A DNA stretch of 60,965 bases from Candidatus Bathyarchaeia archaeon (GCA_038882955.1 JAVZNC010000007.1:1-60965); one strand, 5' to 3'; shown: positions 19,944 through 29,509, counted from the first letter of the stretch. The notes: generated from the sequence alone by a model not told the origin. Translations and numbers: made by a program.

Positions 19944-20571
19944 ATGAATCGAAGAATTTTAGTTATTGCAGTGTTTGCTTTAACGGCGAGTTTGCTGTTG
20001 CCAACATCCCTTGTTGGCAACGTTAATGTTCCAAACCCGGATAGAGCCATCTTCGTCACTATCGGTATGCCTGAGACTGTTGATCCTCACTGGGCTTACG
20101 ATACAGCTAGTGGTACACTCATTCAGAACATTTATGAGCCATTATGCATCTTCAATGTGACTGATGCTGCTTCGTTCCTTCCTGCGATTGCTGATGACTG
20201 GCCTGGTCTTGGCACTGCGCCTGGAAACGCCATAATACCGTCTCCTCCGGATCCAGCTCCCGCTGGGCGTAACAGTTGGACGCCACTACGAAAGAACATG
20301 GATCAGCGGATGGAAGGATAGTTGGAACTCAAACGCAATATCACCAGGCTTATACTTCTACACAATAAGCAAGCAGCCCACACCAACAGGCGACATCAAC
20401 GCTGATGGAATAGTTGATATATTCGACGCCATACGGTTAGCTGTAGCTTTCGGAAGTAAGGAAGGCGAATATTGTTGGGATCCCAATGCTGACATAAATA
20501 ATGACGGAATAATTGACATTTTTGATGCCATCATCTTAACCACACATTTCGGAGAAAGGATTGTTTCCTAG
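19944..20571 (+). pseudogene. Internally deleted family-5 ABC substrate-binding protein with C-terminal dockerin-like domain
   Basis: N-terminus has a signal peptide and PETVDPHWAYDTAS..IQNIYEPL. From about 20260 another frame reads GRHYERTWISGW...PGLYFYTISK...GDINADGIVDIFD...ADINNDGIIDIFD...stop 20571. Confidence 0.8.
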
Positions 20572-20777
20572 ACCCTTATTGATCAAAAAATATTATGGAA
20601 GCCTTCTCCTTTCTCCGCTTCTGGCTAAGCAGTAAAAGGTTCAATGTTTATAAATTGATTGCTACTTGGGCGGGCATATTCCGCTCTTGAAAATATGTTT
20701 GCTCACGTGCTCATTTCGATTTTGGAAATTTCGCTTTATAAGTTGTGAGTGAATACTTATCTTGAGGGGAAGGCAAG

Positions 20778-20897
20778 ATGTTGGAGGAAACAGTTTCTGG
20801 CGCCGTCCAGATGCTAATATTATTCTTCTGGATTAGCCTAGCCTTTATAATGTTGTATGGCGCTCTATGGGTGCGCTCCCAAAAGAAAATCAAGTGA
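20778..20897 (+). CDS. 39-aa single-TM small protein (not in ORF track)
   Basis: MLEETVSGAVQMLILFFWISLAFIMLYGALWVRSQKKIK, with a GAGGGG RBS and a TTTATAA box upstream. Confidence 0.5.
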   Translation: MLEETVSGAVQMLILFFWISLAFIMLYGALWVRSQKKIK

Positions 20898-20947
20898 AAA
20901 ACCTACGAAACGCATAAATCCAATTTTTACGCTTAAAAATTTGATTT

Positions 20948-21107
20948 CGGGCGGTAGCTCAGCCTGGTAGAGCTTCCGAGCCTGCTGAGCCTCTTCAGCA
21001 GACGGAGACGCTGTAGACGTCTACCAACGGTGGGCGTTCCACTTCAGCCTACCAGGCATACAACAGAAACCGGAGTGTCGCAGGTTCAAATCCTGCCCGC
21101 CCGACCA
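20948..21107 (+). tRNA. tRNA-Tyr(GTA) with two introns (30/31: 20979-21009; 37/38: 21017-21068)
   Basis: C1:G72 and A73 Tyr identity elements. Removing both introns gives TCCGG-CT-GTA-GA-CCGGA. Both introns sit in BHB motifs, and CCA is encoded. Confidence 0.9.
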
Positions 21108-21113
21108 TTAAAA

Positions 21114-22637
21114 CTAGTTTAGAAGCAGTCCTTTGGTTATTGCTTCTTTTATGTTTTCTATGTGGTGACCTATAACAGTGTCTTCCTTTATCATTGGTGT
21201 TATGCTTCTTATTTTTTTGTAGGTTTCTTTTGTTCCTTTTCCGAGTTTTTCTGGTCCGCGTAAGTCTATGGCTTGGGCTGCGCAGAGCAGCTCTATTGCT
21301 ATTATGTATTGTGTGTTTTGTAGTATTTTTGCGGCTTTTTGGGCGGCTGCTGTTCCCATGCTTACGAAGTCTTCGAAGTTTGCTGATGTTGGTATTGAGT
21401 CTACGCATGCTGGATGTGCGAGAACCTTGTTTTCTGAGGCTAGGGCTGCGGCTGTGTACTGTGTTGTCATTAGGCCGCTGTTTAATCCTGCTTTTGCTTG
21501 TGGCGGGATTAGGAATGCTGGCAATCCATTACTTAGTTTTTCATCTAGCAGTCTGGCTACTCTTCTTTCGGAGATATTTCCAACAATTGCAAGTGCCATT
21601 CCCAAGAGGTCCATTGCTATTGATAAGGGTTGTCCGTGAAAGTTTCCGCCCGAGAGGCATACGCCTTCTTCTGGAAAAACAAGCGGGTTGTCCGTGGCTG
21701 AGTTTATTTCTGTTTCCACAACTTTTCTTGCGTAAGCTATTGCGTCTCTTGCCGCGCCTAAAACTTGTGGCGTACACCTTAAACTGTATGGGTCGTGTGG
21801 GCGCCCCGTCTTCTTCATCGCCTCTTTTCCAGTTTGGACGAGTTTGCTTCCAGCTATCATTTCCCTGATGTTTTTTGCCGTTGTGGCTTGTCCCGGATGC
21901 GGTCTTACCTTGTGGATTTTTTCGTTGTAGGCATCTGCAACGCCTAAAAGTGCTTCGAGTGAAAGGGCGGCTGCGGCTTCTGCTACTTTCATTAGGTTTT
22001 CGGCGTCGTGGAGCGTTAAAGCTGCGATTGCCGTTATAAGTTGGGTGCCGTTGTTTAGGGCTACGCCTTCTTTGAATTCGAGTTGGACTGGTTTTATTCC
22101 AGTCTTTTCCATTGCCTTTTTTCCATCCATGATTTCGCCTTTGTATTCGGCTTTTCCCTCGCCTATAAGCACCAGAACCATGTGGGAGAGCGGTGCCAAG
22201 TCTCCGCTTGCGCCTACAGAGCCCTTGGATGGGATTATTGGGTGCACTCCCTTGTTCAACATTTCAACAAGCGTCTCTAACGTTTCTAGGCGTATGCCAG
22301 AATAGCCCTTAGCCAAAGTGTTTGCACGTAGAAGCATCACCGCGCGAACAATGTCTGTGCTTAACGGTTCTCCAACGCTTGTTGAGTGGCTTCTTATTAG
22401 GTTTAGTTGAAGCGCCTTTGCCTCTTCTGGTGGGATTGTTATGTTGCTTAGCGCCCCGAAGGCTGTGTTCACTCCATAAATGACTTCGTTTTTCTTAGCT
22501 AGTTCTTCGAGGAAGCTGCGGCATCTTTTTACACGGTTTTTAATCTTTTCTGGTATTGCGACTTTTGCGTTTTCTCTTGCAACTTTAACGACGTCTTCTA
22601 TTGTTAGGTTTTCTCCGTCAATTTGGACTTCATACAT
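21114..22637 (-). CDS. hutH: Histidine ammonia-lyase
   Basis: YGVNTAFG, LIRSH (His-specific SH), MIO-forming GASGDLAPL, DPYSLRC, GGNFHG. Confidence 0.93.
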   Translation of the reverse strand: MYEVQIDGENLTIEDVVKVARENAKVAIPEKIKNRVKRCRSFLEELAKKNEVIYGVNTAFGALSNITIPPEEAKALQLNLIRSHSTSVGEPLSTDIVRAVMLLRANTLAKGYSGIRLETLETLVEMLNKGVHPIIPSKGSVGASGDLAPLSHMVLVLIGEGKAEYKGEIMDGKKAMEKTGIKPVQLEFKEGVALNNGTQLITAIAALTLHDAENLMKVAEAAAALSLEALLGVADAYNEKIHKVRPHPGQATTAKNIREMIAGSKLVQTGKEAMKKTGRPHDPYSLRCTPQVLGAARDAIAYARKVVETEINSATDNPLVFPEEGVCLSGGNFHGQPLSIAMDLLGMALAIVGNISERRVARLLDEKLSNGLPAFLIPPQAKAGLNSGLMTTQYTAAALASENKVLAHPACVDSIPTSANFEDFVSMGTAAAQKAAKILQNTQYIIAIELLCAAQAIDLRGPEKLGKGTKETYKKIRSITPMIKEDTVIGHHIENIKEAITKGLLLN

Positions 22638-22818
22638 AAGCGTTTTCTCCCGTTATGCATTACGCATTTAAAGTTTTAAATTTTAGTGCTTGTATCGATT
22701 TCTGCCGATTATTTTGGAAAATTTTTGTTATAGAGATTTATTTTGGAAATCTTTTTCATAAAACTTTTATATTTGATGGATTGTGGATACAGTAATTGAC
22801 TTAAACTCTGGTGTTCGC

Positions 22819-23061
22819 ATGGAACCTAGCAAGAAACCGTTAAACGTCCTTGTTAAGCAGTTAAACGCAAACATTTCCGTCGTCCTAAAAAACGGATGCG
22901 AATATAAGGGTAAAATGATTAAGTGCGATGGGCACATGAATATTCTCCTTGAAGGCGCAACAGAATGCAGAGACGAGCAACTAATCACGAACTATGGGAA
23001 TGTCCTGCTACGTGGAAACAACATACTCTACATAGTTTTGGATTCACTGAAAAGCAGTTAA
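22819..23061 (+). CDS. Sm-like (Lsm/SmAP) RNA-binding protein
   Basis: Sm1 motif (GxxxxxDGHMNILL) and Sm2 motif (LLRGNNI). Confidence 0.9.
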   Translation: MEPSKKPLNVLVKQLNANISVVLKNGCEYKGKMIKCDGHMNILLEGATECRDEQLITNYGNVLLRGNNILYIVLDSLKSS

Positions 23062-23952
23062 CTTTCCAGCTCCGCAAACATAATCTACGGCATCCTTTAG
23101 TTTGATGTTTAGGTCATACTTTCTTCTAAAATAGTCTAAAATGTTTTTGACATCTCTTGTTAAAAGTTGCTGGGCGTTCGGATGACTGGATGTCACGTAC
23201 TGAGGCCAATCAATAATGAGAATATGCATGTCTGGTTTTAGGATGACATTGTATTCGCTTAGGTCCGCGTGGATTACGCCCGCTTTTAAATAGGCTTTTC
23301 GAATGTTAAACATTATTTCTTTCAAAACTTTTTTTGGATTTGGGATTTCACGCCATTCCGCGAGTTCTGCGCCTTCTATCATCCCCATGACAAGAGTATG
23401 GCGGTTTTGGCTTATGGGCTCTGGAACGGCAACCTTTTTTGGAAAAACAAGCTTTAACGCTTGAAACTCCTTTTCCGCTGCAAGTCGCGACTGGAGGAGC
23501 CAGCTGGCATGTTCAGCCTTTGCAACGTAGTCCCTTTTTCTTCGTGTCTGCCTAAAACTGATTCTTCCAAGCCTATGAAATTTTACGGCGATGCGTTCGC
23601 CCTTTGGATTCAGCGCATCATAAACGTCTGCCTCTTTTCCAACGCCGAGCGATTTTCCGAAAGATTCTAAAACTCCAGCCTTTACGAGGGCGTTTATTGC
23701 CAAACAGTCGTATCCCGCGTAATTCAGCGTATAGCCCACGTATGGTCCGCGCATCTGACGTATCAGGCGCATTTTGTGCAGGCGACTCAGTCTAAAGCTT
23801 GTCTCTTCAAGCGTGAACTTTGCATATTTTGAGATTAGCTCTTTTGGCACGTACTCGTGTTTTACCATTGCCGCCTCTATAACTTGTAATACTCTGAAAT
23901 CTTTGTTTTCAAGAGTGCGAAACACTTGGACCGCAATTTCGGCTGAAGACAT
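23044..23952 (-). CDS. rio2: RIO2-type serine/threonine kinase
   Basis: N-terminal winged helix, GYDCLAI, GVGKEADVY, KFHRLG, IHADLSEYN, IDWPQ. Confidence 0.92.
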   Translation of the reverse strand: MSSAEIAVQVFRTLENKDFRVLQVIEAAMVKHEYVPKELISKYAKFTLEETSFRLSRLHKMRLIRQMRGPYVGYTLNYAGYDCLAINALVKAGVLESFGKSLGVGKEADVYDALNPKGERIAVKFHRLGRISFRQTRRKRDYVAKAEHASWLLQSRLAAEKEFQALKLVFPKKVAVPEPISQNRHTLVMGMIEGAELAEWREIPNPKKVLKEIMFNIRKAYLKAGVIHADLSEYNVILKPDMHILIIDWPQYVTSSHPNAQQLLTRDVKNILDYFRRKYDLNIKLKDAVDYVCGAGKLTAFQ

Positions 23953-24003
23953 AACTAAACATTGTTAGGCTTTCTGCCTAATTAAATGATGAGGTTCGGG
24001 CCG

Positions 24004-25155
24004 TTAAACTTCAACGGTTTCCGTTTTCTCGATGCTTTCTTTGATGGCTTCTTCTAGATGTAGTTTGGATTCAATTGTCTCCACAACCTCTTGTTTAGCC
24101 TTTGTCACTGGATGTTTGGCAATGAAAAGCGAGCAACAATCCTTGTAGGGTTTTACTGAAACCTCAAATGTTCCAATCTGCTTGGCTAAGTTAACCGTTT
24201 CATTTTTCTCATAAGTCAGCAGTGGTCTGAGGATAGGCATAGAAGTGGCACTGTTTATTACGGCTATGTTCTCTAATGTTTGTGATGAAACTTGCGCCAG
24301 GTTTTCGCCGCTTCCTAAAGCGCTTATGCCATGTGCCTTGGCAATTTTTTCTGCAACCCTAACCATGAACCTTCTGAATAGTATTAGGCGGTATCGCATT
24401 GGCACTTCAACGGCTTCGGCTTCGAAAGGGTAGAACGGCACGAAAAACACTTTCGCCTTGAAACAGTATTTTTTTAGGACTTTTGCCAAATCAAGAATTT
24501 TCGCGTTTCGTTTTTCGTCAAACTTCTCGAAGGCGTGAAAATGCAGAAAGTCAACATCGCATCCGCGTTTCATTAGGAGCCAAGCGGCAACCGGCGAGTC
24601 TATACCCCCAGATAAAAGGTGCAAGACTTTTCCAGAAACGCCGACTGGCAGGCCATATAACCCTTTGATTTGCCTAGTGGAGATGTAGGCTTTTCCATTA
24701 ACTAGTTCAACGAAGATTTCTTTTTGCGGCTCCTTCATGGAAACTTTTACATTAAAGTTCTCAACAAGATATTCGCCGAGTTCGCGGTTCAGGTCCATTG
24801 ACGTGAAGGGCAATGTTTTATCTGCTCTTGTTGTTGAAACCTTTACCTTTTCGCCATCCGCAAACGCGACTTTTTCTTTTATGCATTTTTTTATGCTTTC
24901 TTTTTCAGCTTCTGTTATGTGGCAAAATGCGAACCGCGCTATGCCGAATACTCTTTTTAGGACTTCTTCGATTTCGTTAATGTTCGACTTTTCATTTAGT
25001 TCTATTAGGATTCTTCCTTGAAGCTTCCTTATCTTGCCATACTCTTGTCCGGCAAGCGCCTTACCCATGTTTTCGATTAGGTTTCTCTCAAAGTATGGTC
25101 TATTCAACCCTTTTAGCGCAAGTTCGCCATAGTGGACTAAAATGCAGTCGAACAC
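24004..25155 (-). CDS. thiI: tRNA 4-thiouridine(8) synthase ThiI
   Basis: YGELALKG, THUMP domain, PP-loop SGGIDSPVA, QVSSQTL, DCC. No rhodanese domain. Confidence 0.93.
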   Translation of the reverse strand: MFDCILVHYGELALKGLNRPYFERNLIENMGKALAGQEYGKIRKLQGRILIELNEKSNINEIEEVLKRVFGIARFAFCHITEAEKESIKKCIKEKVAFADGEKVKVSTTRADKTLPFTSMDLNRELGEYLVENFNVKVSMKEPQKEIFVELVNGKAYISTRQIKGLYGLPVGVSGKVLHLLSGGIDSPVAAWLLMKRGCDVDFLHFHAFEKFDEKRNAKILDLAKVLKKYCFKAKVFFVPFYPFEAEAVEVPMRYRLILFRRFMVRVAEKIAKAHGISALGSGENLAQVSSQTLENIAVINSATSMPILRPLLTYEKNETVNLAKQIGTFEVSVKPYKDCCSLFIAKHPVTKAKQEVVETIESKLHLEEAIKESIEKTETVEV

Positions 25156-25202
25156 ATTTGGAAAATGTTAAAAATTGGTTTTAAAGGTTTTTATTTTGCG
25201 CT

Positions 25203-26180
25203 TTAAGTTTTGTAGCCTCCGAAGCTCACTACTAGGAACACGAAGTACATGAATAGTAGAACGGCGCTTTCTCGCCAGCTTACTTTTTCGCTTGACAGGA
25301 AATACCATAGGAAGAGGTTGACTATGAGGGAGAACATCGCCAGTTTTGAGAAAGCCGCCATATTTACTACGAAGTTTGATGTTACTAGGCTTACGCCTAA
25401 AATGCATGTTATGTTTATGAAGCAGCTGCCTACGATGTTTCCTAAAGCCAAGTCCAAATGTCCCTTTTTCGTCGCGTCTATTGATGTTGCAAGCTCTGGC
25501 AGGCTTGTGCCAAAAGCCACTATTGTTGAGCCTATAACTACTGGTGGTATGCCAACGCTATCTGCGATGAATTTTGCTGATGAAACTATGAAGTTTGAGC
25601 TTATTATTACGCCAGCAACACCTACAAGAGCCAAAAACACGTATAAGTGCAGCTTTCGCCTTTCTTCTCCTAACGCGCCTTCCTCTTTCACTTTCCTTAT
25701 TTTTGAGAGCTGGTAAACGTAGAAAATGAAGATTGCAAGGAGGACTGCACCTATAAACCTGCTTGCGTATCCGAGGTAAAGCAAAATCAGCGGAACAACT
25801 GAAGCCACGAAGATGCCGAAGTATAGGCTTCCAATCTCCTCTTTCGCCATGTTCGAGTAGAAACTTGTGTAGTTTGGACATTTTATCACTGCCAGCAAGA
25901 AGCAGACGCCGAGGATTAGGCATATGTTAACTACGTTTGAGCCTAAAACGTTGCCTATCGCCACGCCTATAGATTCTTGTCCAATCGCGGCGAAAATAGC
26001 GACGAAAAGTTCTGGAAGTGAAGTTGAAAAGGCGACAAGTATGAAGCCAACTGTTGTTTTGCCCATGCCAGTTATGTCAGCAACTCTAACAGAATTTTTA
26101 ATCGTCAAATCGCTTGACTCATTCAAAACCACCAATGAAACAACAAGAATTAACACGTTGATTAGCAAGTCCTCGAACAA
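25203..26180 (-). CDS. Ca2+/Na+ antiporter (CaCA family)
   Basis: Two alpha repeats, TSLPEL and GNxxGS. TTG start after a GGAGG RBS. Confidence 0.9.
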   Translation of the reverse strand: MFEDLLINVLILVVSLVVLNESSDLTIKNSVRVADITGMGKTTVGFILVAFSTSLPELFVAIFAAIGQESIGVAIGNVLGSNVVNICLILGVCFLLAVIKCPNYTSFYSNMAKEEIGSLYFGIFVASVVPLILLYLGYASRFIGAVLLAIFIFYVYQLSKIRKVKEEGALGEERRKLHLYVFLALVGVAGVIISSNFIVSSAKFIADSVGIPPVVIGSTIVAFGTSLPELATSIDATKKGHLDLALGNIVGSCFINITCILGVSLVTSNFVVNMAAFSKLAMFSLIVNLFLWYFLSSEKVSWRESAVLLFMYFVFLVVSFGGYKT

Positions 26181-26245
26181 CCGTTTTCCTCCTTTTATGC
26201 ATTCTTCTGATAGGCACATTGGCAACAAATAAGCTTAGTGGACTT

Positions 26246-27193
26246 TCAACGCAAATATAACGTTACATATGAGAACAAATACAAGGCAACAAATAATACC
26301 CCAGCTTTTTTGTCAACCTTTTCCCTAAGCGCAAGCGTCGCCAAAACAATAGCGGAGACAAAAAGCGCATAAAGCCCAGTGGTTTCCGCAATTCTCCCAG
26401 ACACGTTTACTGGCGCAAAGAATAATGGACCAATTCCTATGGAGAAGCCAGCGTCAACTATGCAGCTTCCTATGGCGTCTCCTATCGCAATTTCATACTG
26501 CTTCTTGCGCACTGCTGTTAAGTCAACTGCCAACTCTGGAAGTGATGTTCCAATTGCTACTATGAAGAAGCTAATAATGTACTCATGAATGTTTAGCTCT
26601 GAAGAAAGCGCTATAACAGATTCAACAACCACATAAGAGCCTACGGCGACGCCAGTATAACCCAAAGCAACTATCATTAGGTGGTAAAATAATCCTCTAG
26701 TCTTGTTGACTGTTGGCGGCGGCTCCTGTCTGATAGTTCTTCTAACGATCAGCATTAGAAGCGGCCAGCTTGCCACCAAGAAGACGGCGTTCATCCATGA
26801 AATATAACCTTTCTCGACCATTGCAATTGAGGCTATAAGCGCCAGAATTTCGCACGCACCTATGACGATTATTTCGTCTCTCCTGACCTTGAAGGACTCT
26901 CTTGCAAGGATTGCGTAAAGTCCAAGCATCAACGAGATTTGGGCGAGAACAGACCCAAATGAGTCTCCGACATTTATGTCACCATGCGCCCTAAACGATG
27001 AGAATATCGAGTTTGCAATTTCTGGGAGATCTGTGCCCAAAGACACTATTAGAAGCCCAATCATCAATGGCGAAACCCTCAATATCGAGGCTACATTTAT
27101 GGAGTGCTCAACCGCCTTGTCGCTTGCAAAAATCAAAAGTGCAAGCCCCGAAATCAGCGCAGCAGCGGCGAGTACAAAGTCAAGCATAGACAA
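26246..27193 (-). CDS. Ca2+/Na+ antiporter (CaCA family), divergent paralog
   Basis: Alpha repeats GTDLPE/GDSFGS and GTSLPE/GDAIGS. Confidence 0.87.
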   Translation of the reverse strand: MSMLDFVLAAAALISGLALLIFASDKAVEHSINVASILRVSPLMIGLLIVSLGTDLPEIANSIFSSFRAHGDINVGDSFGSVLAQISLMLGLYAILARESFKVRRDEIIVIGACEILALIASIAMVEKGYISWMNAVFLVASWPLLMLIVRRTIRQEPPPTVNKTRGLFYHLMIVALGYTGVAVGSYVVVESVIALSSELNIHEYIISFFIVAIGTSLPELAVDLTAVRKKQYEIAIGDAIGSCIVDAGFSIGIGPLFFAPVNVSGRIAETTGLYALFVSAIVLATLALREKVDKKAGVLFVALYLFSYVTLYLR

Positions 27194-27293
27194 GCCTCTA
27201 AAAAAGGTTAATTTCTAATCAATAAAAGTTTTGGTTATTTAAAATACAGAGTAGACGTAAAGCAAAAATCATCTCGCGAAAATAAGATGTATT

Positions 27294-28127
27294 ATGAGCA
27301 AAGTCGAAATCGTCCTGCTTGGAACTGGCGGGGGAAGATTCGCAACAATCACGCAAAAAAGGCGAACCGCTGGAATCCGCATAATTGGCGAAGGCTTAAA
27401 TCTGCATTTGGACCCTGGACCTGGCGCACTTGTGCATTCGATTAATGAGGGGTTAGACCCGCAAAAGATTAACGCAATTTTTGTTTCACATTGTCATCCA
27501 GACCATTACACTGACGCCGAAGTTTTGATTGAAGCAATGACCCATGGAATGACTAAAAAACGCGGAATAATAGCTGCTTCAAAAAGCGTTTTAAGTGGAA
27601 GCAGCGTCTGCGAACCATCGATCTCGAAGTATCACCAGCAAATGCCAGAACAGAAAATCGAAGCCACGCCAAACATGAAGTTCCAAACATACGACCTCAA
27701 CGTTTCAGTAACAGAGGCGAGGCACACGGACCCGGATGCTGTTGGATTTAGGTTTGAAACAAAAGAGTTTGGAGACTTCGCCTACACAAGCGACACAGAA
27801 TACTTTGAGGGCATAGGAAAATACTATGCGGGCGTGAGGCTGCTTATGTTGTGCATTATGCGACCAGCCGGAAAACCTTGGAAGGGACACATGACAACAA
27901 ACGACGCAATAAAAATACTTGAAGAGACACGCCCAGAAATGGCTGTTTTAACGCATTTTGGAATGCAGATGATATTCAAAGGACCAGCAAGTGAGGCTAA
28001 GGAAATCGAAGAGAAAACTGGAGTGTCGACAATCGCTGCTGTGGATGGCATGCGGATAGAATTCGGAGAAAAAATAAATGTGCACGCTCCAAAGAAGGTT
28101 CAGCAGGGACTGAATAGGTTCCTATAA
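27294..28127 (+). CDS. Metallo-beta-lactamase-fold hydrolase (RNase Z/PhnP-like)
   Basis: LGTGGG, DPGPG, SHCHPDH, YTSDT, GH, LTHFG. Confidence 0.88.
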   Translation: MSKVEIVLLGTGGGRFATITQKRRTAGIRIIGEGLNLHLDPGPGALVHSINEGLDPQKINAIFVSHCHPDHYTDAEVLIEAMTHGMTKKRGIIAASKSVLSGSSVCEPSISKYHQQMPEQKIEATPNMKFQTYDLNVSVTEARHTDPDAVGFRFETKEFGDFAYTSDTEYFEGIGKYYAGVRLLMLCIMRPAGKPWKGHMTTNDAIKILEETRPEMAVLTHFGMQMIFKGPASEAKEIEEKTGVSTIAAVDGMRIEFGEKINVHAPKKVQQGLNRFL

Positions 28128-28177
28128 AGCTTTAAACCGAAACCCTTCTGATATATGCCCTTGAAGGAGCAAAGCCG

Positions 28178-28852
28178 ATGCGAATCGTGCTGAGAATAGG
28201 CGGTTCCGTAATAGCCTCGCCAATTAATCCAGCCTTGATAAGCAGGTATGTGGAAGTTTTGAAGGAAATAAAAAGCGAAAATCATGATGTGGCGGTTGTT
28301 GTTGGCGGCGGAGCCCCAGCAAGAGAATTCATTAAAACCGCAAGGGATTTGGGACTTGAGGAAAAAGACCAAGATGATGTGGCAATTTCCATATCAAGAA
28401 TTTTTGCTCAACTTTTTCTCACGAAACTCGGCGGAATCTCCTGCAAAACTGTTCCCTTAACTATTAAAGATGCTGTTAAATGCCTTTCGAGTGGAAAAAT
28501 TGTGGTTATGGGCGGTTTGAAACCTGGCATGACCACGGATACTGTTGCCGCGATGATCGCCGAAAAAGTGAATGCTGACCTGCTTGTTAAGGCAACTGAT
28601 CAAGAGGGAATTTATGACAAAGACCCTAGAAAATATGCTGATGCTGTTAAGCTTGAAAGTTTGCGTTATGAGGATTTACACCGCATTTTTGCCGAGAACA
28701 AGCATAAGGCTGGAATACACCAAATTCTTGACCCAAAAGCGATTAAGATCTTAAAGCGTAAACGAGTCAAAGTTGTGGTTGTGAACGGGTTCAAGCCAGA
28801 AAATGTTTTTGCTGCTGTGAAGGGCGAAAACGTCGGAACAACTATTTACTAA
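28178..28852 (+). CDS. pyrH: UMP kinase
   Basis: IGGS, VVGGGxxAR, PGMTTD, GIYDKDP, GTTI. Confidence 0.92.
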   Translation: MRIVLRIGGSVIASPINPALISRYVEVLKEIKSENHDVAVVVGGGAPAREFIKTARDLGLEEKDQDDVAISISRIFAQLFLTKLGGISCKTVPLTIKDAVKCLSSGKIVVMGGLKPGMTTDTVAAMIAEKVNADLLVKATDQEGIYDKDPRKYADAVKLESLRYEDLHRIFAENKHKAGIHQILDPKAIKILKRKRVKVVVVNGFKPENVFAAVKGENVGTTIY

Positions 28853-28903
28853 GTGTGTTAAGAAGGTCTGCTCGGCGATAAGCTTAAATAATTCTTTATC
28901 ATT

Positions 28904-28927
28904 GTCGATATCAAATTTGATATCGAC
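28904..28927. promoter_or_regulatory. 24-bp perfect palindrome, probable PadR operator
   Basis: GTCGATATCAAA|TTTGATATCGAC lies between a TTAAATA box and the PadR start codon. Confidence 0.7.
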
Positions 28928-28936
28928 GGTGATATT

Positions 28937-29509
28937 ATGTTTGAAGAATTTCCACCGCCTCCTCCACCGTTTAGGCATTGGCTTAGGCACATGGCAGCCG
29001 TACCGAAAGGGTTCTTGCGCTATCAAGTGCTTGAGCTTTTGAACGAAAAGCCCTTGTCTGGCTCGGAGATAATGAGCGAAATCGAGAAGCGCACTAACGG
29101 TTGCTGGAAGCCTAGTCCTGGTTCTGTTTATCCGCTTTTGGCTTGGCTTCAGGATAATGGCTACATTAAAGAGGTGCCTGCTGAAGAAAGTGGGACAAAG
29201 CGGTACACGCTTACTGGTAAGGGAAAGCAGCTTCTTGAGGAACAGCGTAAGGTGCGCGCGCATTTCCGCACTGGTAGAAAACTTGTTGTGCCGCCATTTT
29301 TCGGCTCGTTTTTGCTTCGCATGCCACCAGAAGAGGCTGACGAAATTCGGGAAGCCTTCAGGCGTTTGTTCAAGGTTTTCTTTAGCCTCGGCATGAGCCT
29401 TGAAGAGAAATTTTCAGAGCAAGCCATAAAAGACACTTTGAAAGTTTTAAATGAAACTTCCCAGAGGCTTGAGGAAATAGAAAAAAAATTGCGGGGTGAA
29501 AAGGCTTGA
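28937..29509 (+). CDS. PadR-family transcriptional regulator
   Basis: KGFLRYQVL, WKPSPGSVYPLL, KRYTLTGKG. Confidence 0.92.
   Translation: MFEEFPPPPPPFRHWLRHMAAVPKGFLRYQVLELLNEKPLSGSEIMSEIEKRTNGCWKPSPGSVYPLLAWLQDNGYIKEVPAEESGTKRYTLTGKGKQLLEEQRKVRAHFRTGRKLVVPPFFGSFLLRMPPEEADEIREAFRRLFKVFFSLGMSLEEKFSEQAIKDTLKVLNETSQRLEEIEKKLRGEKA

Noticed and set aside
20358-20543. 61-aa minus-strand ORF with internal repeat
   Set aside because: Antisense of the dockerin repeat on the plus strand.
21049-21408. Minus-strand ORF ending MVGRAGFEPAT...
   Set aside because: Antisense translation of tRNA-Tyr plus an alternative frame of hutH.
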